Shown: positions 57,816-64,000 of the stretch, one piece after another
Layout of the letters: every line of letters begins with the position of its first letter
Numbering within the stretch: position 1 is the first letter of the stretch
IMG/VR virus record: IMGVR_UViG_3300000116_000008
Source of the DNA: an uncultured virus (IMG/VR IMGVR_UViG_3300000116_000008)
Lineage: Duplodnaviria > Heunggongvirae > Uroviricota > Caudoviricetes
Strand: one strand, 5' to 3'
Length of the DNA stretch: 64,000 bases
Position numbers and translations under genes: made by a program
The notes under the pieces: generated by a model
What the model was told of the DNA's origin: nothing
Databases searched by the model: none
Seen by the model: the letters and a program-made list of their open reading frames with translations, nothing else

Positions 57816-59549
57816 TTAAAAATTACCCGATAACACATCTTTTTTGCTTGACCAATAGTCAATTATAGTTACTCCTAAAGTATTAGCTTTAGTGTGTTTT
57901 GAACTACCACTGTCTCCAGCAACTAGTGCATAACAATCTTTAGTAACTGTAGATGTTATTTGAAAACCTTTTTCTTCCAGTATTTCACTAAGTTGTTTTC
58001 TCGTCATATCAAGTTTACCCGTAATACAAACTTTTCTTTTGGATACTAATACTTCTTCAACTTGAACATTTTGTTCTAACTGTAGAGGTAATTGTAATAC
58101 CCAATACTCATTATCGTCAAGCCAAGCAAGGATTGACTCAATCGTTGAAGGACCAATACCTTTAATATAGGTAGTTTCTATATCTCTAAGGTTTCTGAAA
58201 GCTGGGATATGAGGAACTATCATTTTAGATGCTCGTCTCCCAACCCCAGGTATTCCTAGGGATGCTAGTACTATGTCATAAGGTTTGGTGTTGGTTCTTT
58301 CAACCTCAGCCTCAACTTTAACTCCGTTTGCACCGAGTTTGCTCCAGTCAGGATTATCAAATAAATCGACTGGATGTGTTAAGCCTAGCTTCTTTACAGA
58401 AGCAGGACCTAATCCTTTTATTTCGAGTATCCTTATAAAATACTCTAAAAACTTTATAGAACTTATATTACTCTTATCATTAACGATAAGTCTAGGACCA
58501 TCTCGCTTTGTCGTGGCACCAATGGCACGTTCTGCCGTAAGTTTTGTTACCTTTTGGTTATGTACTGAGTGTTCTATTACTCTTAAGAACTTAGGTATAA
58601 CTCCGCCAGCTCGTTCTACTTGGATCATGTCTCCAAGACCTAGATTGTGTTCTTCTATTATTCCGATATTATGAAGAGTAACTCTTCTAAGAGTTGCATC
58701 GTCTAAAATAACAGGCTCAATGATTCCTGTTGGGTTTACTGTTCCAGTTCTACCTATCGCCCATTCTACTGAAAGCAGAGTAGTAACTGCAGTTTGAGAT
58801 TCTCTTTCTTTGAGTGCTACAGCAAACTTAGGATATTTTGAAGTGTGACCTAATGCTTGTTCTTGTTCCCAAGAATCTGTTCTATATACAATTCCGTCTT
58901 GAGGATAGCTCCAGGACTCTTCGTCTAATGCTGTATAAAATCCCATGTTTTTAATTGATTTCATTCTAGCTTGATAGTTCATTTTAACTCCAAGCCAATC
59001 ATGAGCGATAAATTTTATATTTCTCTGTTTAAATTCTTTTGCGCTTTTTAAGCCTAATGCTCCGCTTACATAGTTTCTATAATTTTCAACTTCGTTATTT
59101 GTTACGCACTCGCCGTTTATAACGACCTCATCTTGAAGAGTATCAATCATGGCGGGAGCGCCGTTCAAGAATTGAGTTAAGTGCGTAACATTTTCACCAC
59201 GCTCGCCATTACCTCTTGTTAGTGCTAATTTAAGTTTACCTCTTTTATAAATAAGAGTTAAGTTAGTACCATCAATTTTAGGTAACTTTACCGTCATAAA
59301 CTTATCTACTTCTTCTAGTTCATAGACTTTACGAAGTGAATACAGTTTAAACGGATGCGAGACCTTCCCAGCAACACCACCTACTTTAACTGTAGGGGAG
59401 TCGTGATCCTTCCAACCTTGTGCCTTTTCGATCTGTTCTAATTTGTCGTAGAGCTGGTCGTATTCAGAATCTGTTATTTCAGAAGCTGACCTGTCATAAT
59501 AGGCTTGGTTATGTTTTTCAATAATTCTTTTGAGTTCTTTGTAATTCAT
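57816..59549 (-). CDS. ligA: NAD-dependent DNA ligase, single chain
   Basis: YY..ITDSEYD, KIDG, TRGNG, DGIV, TLHN, HhH motifs, C-terminal BRCT. Confidence 0.95.
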   Translation of the reverse strand: MNYKELKRIIEKHNQAYYDRSASEITDSEYDQLYDKLEQIEKAQGWKDHDSPTVKVGGVAGKVSHPFKLYSLRKVYELEEVDKFMTVKLPKIDGTNLTLIYKRGKLKLALTRGNGERGENVTHLTQFLNGAPAMIDTLQDEVVINGECVTNNEVENYRNYVSGALGLKSAKEFKQRNIKFIAHDWLGVKMNYQARMKSIKNMGFYTALDEESWSYPQDGIVYRTDSWEQEQALGHTSKYPKFAVALKERESQTAVTTLLSVEWAIGRTGTVNPTGIIEPVILDDATLRRVTLHNIGIIEEHNLGLGDMIQVERAGGVIPKFLRVIEHSVHNQKVTKLTAERAIGATTKRDGPRLIVNDKSNISSIKFLEYFIRILEIKGLGPASVKKLGLTHPVDLFDNPDWSKLGANGVKVEAEVERTNTKPYDIVLASLGIPGVGRRASKMIVPHIPAFRNLRDIETTYIKGIGPSTIESILAWLDDNEYWVLQLPLQLEQNVQVEEVLVSKRKVCITGKLDMTRKQLSEILEEKGFQITSTVTKDCYALVAGDSGSSKHTKANTLGVTIIDYWSSKKDVLSGNF

Positions 59550-59615
59550 ATATAGATAATATAAGAAAATTAAGCATTAAGAAAGTTTAATGTGTATTTA
59601 AATAGTGAAACTACT

Positions 59616-60275
59616 TTATTTAGTTTCATCATGCGGCAAACTTCCGTCATTCATAAATCCACCTTTTTTTCTTTTGTCTAACCAACTATGTTCTACATAA
59701 TGAACATACTTAGCGTTTGGATCTTTGTTTAGAATGTAGTGAAGTTGTTCATTCTTATCATCTATAGGTATATTAAGTATATCATTCAAACTTTTTACAT
59801 AATGATGTCTGAACATATATAAAAGTTCTACACTTAAAAATGTATGAGGAAATTGTGTTATGTCAGCTAACTTGTTTAAAAAGTTATGATAACTTTCAAC
59901 ACCTCTTTTTCTAGTTTGGTTTTGAGCGGTAATGTTTTGATCTCTTCCGATGATTCCTACTAAAAGATTACCTTTTTTACTTAATCGTTCTAAAACTTCA
60001 GTGTAGTTGGGATAAACCGTTTGTTTTTTACCATCGATATCATCAATAAAAGGGCCACTAACACTAATTAAGTAGTTTTGCTCTTTCCAAAAATAACTAT
60101 CAATTTTAGATGGATCAGACCATATATCTGCAAAAGGAGCTACGTGGTGAGGAATCCAGTATTCTTTTAAAAGTTTACCCCATCCATACACATCTTTGTG
60201 CATAGATAGGACTTTAGAAAATACATGATTACCAGTACCTTGCGGTCCTGTAATAACTAATATATTAGGCTTCAT
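59616..60275 (-). CDS. P-loop/sulfotransferase-like protein
   Basis: LVITGPQGTGNHVFSKVL..IIGRD. Confidence 0.5.
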   Translation of the reverse strand: MKPNILVITGPQGTGNHVFSKVLSMHKDVYGWGKLLKEYWIPHHVAPFADIWSDPSKIDSYFWKEQNYLISVSGPFIDDIDGKKQTVYPNYTEVLERLSKKGNLLVGIIGRDQNITAQNQTRKRGVESYHNFLNKLADITQFPHTFLSVELLYMFRHHYVKSLNDILNIPIDDKNEQLHYILNKDPNAKYVHYVEHSWLDKRKKGGFMNDGSLPHDETK

Positions 60276-61327
60276 TTTATTAGCTCTTGTTTATAAATTG
60301 CTTTAATCCCGAAAGCCTCTTTATTAAATTTAACTAAAGTTTTCAAAGCATCAGCAGTGATAAAAGTCATTAAAGTTTTTACGTGATCGTTTCCTTTGTC
60401 ACCTAAAATCCACTCATATTTACCTACCTTCTTTTGTATTTTTTTAACTGACTCGGGGTCATTTGCTACTTTTCTTAAAGCTTCTACAAGTTTTGCTCTG
60501 TTAGGATTACCTTTGTTTACCCATAATGCTTTTTGTAAACCATCTCTAAAGCTCTTAACTAATTTATAGGCTTTATACAAATCACTATGCGGTTTAACTC
60601 TGTTTGCGCCATAAAATAAATCTTCCATTAATATTCCTGGGTAGTTTGGGTCATCTGCATGACTTCCGTCTGATTGAAGTATGCCGTGATGGAACCAAAG
60701 AGTTGCTTGACCTTTATCAATAATAGGTTGTACATGCTTTTTAAAAGCTGCTGGGTTATCTCTAGTGCCGTGTAGTTCTCCTCGCTTAAATGCTAAACGT
60801 CTCTCACTACCTTTCATACCTTTAATCCAATTTACTTTCTTTTTAAAACAAGCGATATATTCATCTGTCGTAAGTCCGCTACCGCATTTTAGTAAAGTCA
60901 TTGCAATACCTTCAGGTATTTTACCTCCACCACCAGAAAATGACGTTGGCTCGCTGCTATAAGGATCGTGTGATTTTTGAACTGCTGTAATAATATTAAG
61001 ATTCATTAATCCTACACTATCATAATCACGATAGTTATAATCTACCTTTTCATTTAAAAATGAAACCCCATTGCCGCCATTTGATACCATGATAGTTTTA
61101 TCATTAAAACGTAGATCATTGTGGAACTTATTAAACCCTGGTATGTCTCTAGCACCTCTTATATGTTTTAGGATGATTTTCTCTCCTAAATGTTTTTCTA
61201 ATTCTGTAGCTACTATCTGAGCCCATTGGCTAGTGCCGCCTCCAGGTTTTTGTGGAATAATCATTGTATAGTCAGCCCATGCAGATGCTGAAAATAACAA
61301 CATTGATAATACTATTAATTTATGCAT
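60272..61327 (-). CDS. tctC: tripartite tricarboxylate transporter substrate-binding protein (TctC/Bug-like)
   Basis: Signal peptide (..SASAWA), IIPQKPGGGT motif; adjacent to tctA. Confidence 0.75.
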   Translation of the reverse strand: MHKLIVLSMLLFSASAWADYTMIIPQKPGGGTSQWAQIVATELEKHLGEKIILKHIRGARDIPGFNKFHNDLRFNDKTIMVSNGGNGVSFLNEKVDYNYRDYDSVGLMNLNIITAVQKSHDPYSSEPTSFSGGGGKIPEGIAMTLLKCGSGLTTDEYIACFKKKVNWIKGMKGSERRLAFKRGELHGTRDNPAAFKKHVQPIIDKGQATLWFHHGILQSDGSHADDPNYPGILMEDLFYGANRVKPHSDLYKAYKLVKSFRDGLQKALWVNKGNPNRAKLVEALRKVANDPESVKKIQKKVGKYEWILGDKGNDHVKTLMTFITADALKTLVKFNKEAFGIKAIYKQELIK

Positions 61328-62756
61328 AATCTATTTTACCTTTTCTAATTATACTGTACGTGAAAACACCGATTATTAATACGACTAGACATATGAATAT
61401 CGGTCTTATACTTAATGTTTCTAGGGTGTATAACCCTGTAATTTGTAATGTTAAACCTTCAACTTTTTCTGCAAGAATATAACCTATCAACAAAGCAGGT
61501 CTACTAAATTTAAAATGCTTACATGAAAATCCTATTATAGAAAAAATTCCTAACATTGCCAAGTCCTCCCATCCTCCTGTGTACTGCATAGAAGTAAAAA
61601 TGATTAATGCTAATAAAAATGGAAAGTAATACTTGTACGGTACTCTTGCAAGGGCACTTATTGGTCGAATTAAAAGTATACAGATTAAAGCAACGATAAC
61701 AGTAGCCCCAAGAAAACCAAAAGTCATGCTAGTAAATAGTTCAGTATCTTCTGCTATATCAGGTGTACCAAGTTCAATATTTAGGTACATGAACAGACTC
61801 ATAAGAATCGCTGCAAACTTAGCTCCAGGTATACCAAATATAACAGTCGTAATCATTGATGTTGCTTTTTGAGAGTTATTTGCACCTTCAGGTCCGATGA
61901 CGCCCTTAATATTACCATTTCCAAATTTTTCTTTTGGATTTGTAGCAACAGCTGATCCGTAAGCCATCCAGTCTGCCATTTGACCGCCTAGACCAGGCAA
62001 AAGTCCTATGAAAGCACCTATAAATCCTCCTCTAAGAGCTAACCATCGATTAGTCCAAACTGCTTTCATTCCTTCTAATAATTCACCTTTTTTCAATCCG
62101 CTATTAGATGTACTAGTTTTAGTAAATAATCCTTTTGTTAATTCTGGTATTGCAAACAATCCAGCAGCAACTGCTATTATCTGAATACCATCTTCTAAGT
62201 AAAACCACCCCATAGTAAATCTCGGTTCATTATTATCAGGGTTTACTCCAACCATACCAATAAGTATGCCAAAAGCAATAGCTAAAATACTACGAAACCA
62301 GTACTGATTACTTAAAAAACCTACTGTTGCGAGTGCTAGCATAGTAAAAGCCCAAAGTTCAGGAATTCCTAGAATCATTATCAAGTTTGTGTACCACGGT
62401 AAAAGTAAAAAAACTAAACATCCCCATATTAATCCATTTACTGTAGAAGTTGTAACTGCAGCACTAATAGCATAGCCAGCTCTACCTTGTTGCGCTAAAG
62501 GAAATCCATCAACCATTGTAGCAGCAGCACTATTTGCTCCAGGTATTCCTAATAATATTGCCGTAAAACTATCACCAGTCGTACTAGCGGCTACAACTGC
62601 CATTAAAAAAATAACACCAAGATAGGGATCATGCACAAAATAACTTATGAAACCAAAAAGAGCTACAAGACCTGTTGTGGCGCCTGCACTTGGTATAATT
62701 CCAACTATTAAGCCATAGAATACTCCTGCTAAAAGAGTAGCTATCATCTCAATCAT
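61320..62756 (-). CDS. tctA: tripartite tricarboxylate transporter permease
   Basis: GIIPSAG, ILLGIPG..DGFPLAQQG, GLLPGLG, GPEGANN; many TM segments. Confidence 0.9.
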   Translation of the reverse strand: MIEMIATLLAGVFYGLIVGIIPSAGATTGLVALFGFISYFVHDPYLGVIFLMAVVAASTTGDSFTAILLGIPGANSAAATMVDGFPLAQQGRAGYAISAAVTTSTVNGLIWGCLVFLLLPWYTNLIMILGIPELWAFTMLALATVGFLSNQYWFRSILAIAFGILIGMVGVNPDNNEPRFTMGWFYLEDGIQIIAVAAGLFAIPELTKGLFTKTSTSNSGLKKGELLEGMKAVWTNRWLALRGGFIGAFIGLLPGLGGQMADWMAYGSAVATNPKEKFGNGNIKGVIGPEGANNSQKATSMITTVIFGIPGAKFAAILMSLFMYLNIELGTPDIAEDTELFTSMTFGFLGATVIVALICILLIRPISALARVPYKYYFPFLLALIIFTSMQYTGGWEDLAMLGIFSIIGFSCKHFKFSRPALLIGYILAEKVEGLTLQITGLYTLETLSIRPIFICLVVLIIGVFTYSIIRKGKIDYA

Positions 62757-63277
62757 TTTGGGAATTTTTTAGCTATTAGAACATCATAGTGTTTATGATG
62801 GTGCTTCCATTTCAATTTATGTTTGTGAGCAAATTTAAGAATTGCCTCGTTTTGAATAGCGATATGTTTTGCCATAGTTTGCTCATCTTTATAATAGTCA
62901 TAGTTGGGATAAGCAATATTAAATCCTCCTGCTTCAAGCCACCAAGCTAAGGCAGCTTCGTTAGGTCTATATATTAAAATAATACCATCCTTGGGATAAA
63001 AATAATTTATAGTACTAAGCATTAAACTCCATTCATGACTTTTATGAAGTTTAGGTTTTTTACCTTTCTTTTCATAAGGTAAGTCTAGGTTTTTAGTGTC
63101 AAGCATTGCAGGAAACTCCATGCCTTTGCCAAAGTATACGCCAACGTGGTTTCCTTTATCTGTATAGCTTCTTTCAGGAGTACGATCACTTATATCGTAG
63201 TTTCCTTCATTTTCTAATTCTTGTGCTATTCCGCTCCAACGACTACCAGGAACTCCTGTTAAAAATATTCTGTTCAT
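62753..63277 (-). CDS. P-loop/sulfotransferase-like protein
   Basis: IFLTGVPGSRWSGI..KSHEW..IYRP. Confidence 0.5.
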   Translation of the reverse strand: MNRIFLTGVPGSRWSGIAQELENEGNYDISDRTPERSYTDKGNHVGVYFGKGMEFPAMLDTKNLDLPYEKKGKKPKLHKSHEWSLMLSTINYFYPKDGIILIYRPNEAALAWWLEAGGFNIAYPNYDYYKDEQTMAKHIAIQNEAILKFAHKHKLKWKHHHKHYDVLIAKKFPK

Positions 63278-63819
63278 ACTAAAGCATAAATATCCTCTAC
63301 TTCTTTTATATACGGATAATCTGATCTTACATAGTCAAATTTAAATCTACCCCCTGTAGAACCTTTTGTTCTAATGTTTTCAATAACTAAACCATATTTA
63401 TAGGAAACATCACGTGCATAGTCCATTGTCCATGGAAAAAACTCTAGCATAGTTCCATCAGCATGGGGATTGCCAGGATTTACCTTCATACAAATGCGAG
63501 AGCCTGGAGTCTCCTCTAATAAATTAACTACTTTAGCCAGTCTATCCTCAACCCATTTTTTGTCGTAAAAATTAATTGATCCGTAACAAATAATTAAATC
63601 AAATATCTTATCAGTTTTATAATCTAAAACGTCTATTACTTCGTCAGCCTCTTCATTAGCAATATCTATACCTTTGAAGTACTGAGGTAACTTAGCATAC
63701 TTTTTGTACTGATTAAAACCGCACCCAACATCTAGTATGAGAGAAGATTTTTCCATACAGTCTATAATATGAGTATCTTCTTCAGTTTGTTGCCAATGAT
63801 TTTTAAAGTAATCAATCAA
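63274..63819 (-). CDS. class I SAM-dependent methyltransferase
   Basis: ILDVGCG..GIDI..FDLIIC. Confidence 0.8.
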   Translation of the reverse strand: MIDYFKNHWQQTEEDTHIIDCMEKSSLILDVGCGFNQYKKYAKLPQYFKGIDIANEEADEVIDVLDYKTDKIFDLIICYGSINFYDKKWVEDRLAKVVNLLEETPGSRICMKVNPGNPHADGTMLEFFPWTMDYARDVSYKYGLVIENIRTKGSTGGRFKFDYVRSDYPYIKEVEDIYALV

Positions 63820-64000
63820 TAATCTTTTTTTCTAACTGTACTATTAAATCATTGAGATACCATTTTGCTTTGGCTAAATCTTCTCTTTGTTTTCTTAAAT
63901 CACTGTGTTTTAGATTATATCTAGTCACATATTTTATAACATTACCTTGTGGATAACTCATTTCCCAAGAATTAATATATTCTGACGTTTCAATACCCTT
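63812..64000 (-). CDS. DUF3310-like protein (partial, 3' end)
   Basis: KGIETSEYI..GNVIKYVTRY..EDLAKAKWYL; runs off the window edge. Confidence 0.75.
   Translation of the reverse strand, partial: KGIETSEYINSWEMSYPQGNVIKYVTRYNLKHSDLRKQREDLAKAKWYLNDLIVQLEKKIID

Overview
AT-rich segment of a large lytic siphophage genome, probably marine, with T5 (Demerecviridae)-like organisation. The + strand (1-28360) is the late virion module: head completion, tail completion/terminator, pb6-like tail tube, frameshifted tail chaperones, tape measure, a lambda M/L/K/I/J-like tail tip, fibres, two radical-SAM genes and a cluster of small proteins. The - strand (28341-64000) is a replication module in T5 gene order (NAD ligase, D5, helicase, primase, PolA, D10-D15, dUTPase-like). 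It is interrupted by many accessory genes: thyX, glyA, phoH, nrdAB, apt, dadA, an amidinotransferase, glycosyltransferases, a nicotianamine-synthase-like gene and a TctA/TctC transporter cassette. The strongest non-coding signal is a close match to the glnA-class glutamine riboswitch (26093-26140), with an SD-sequestering alternative helix, in front of an unknown 83-aa phage gene; this suggests a phage gene switched by host nitrogen status. Other unannotated elements: a tRNA-Ala-like RNA with a 5-nt anticodon loop, three covarying ACGTAGT mini-hairpins, four GTCAA-N4-TTGAC palindromes beside an AT-rich tract, and a switch-like RNA between the tail tube and chaperone genes. All protein calls come from motif recognition and synteny by eye; no database search was run. 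Four ambiguous bases (8165, 8173, 49871, 49948) show the assembly is imperfect.
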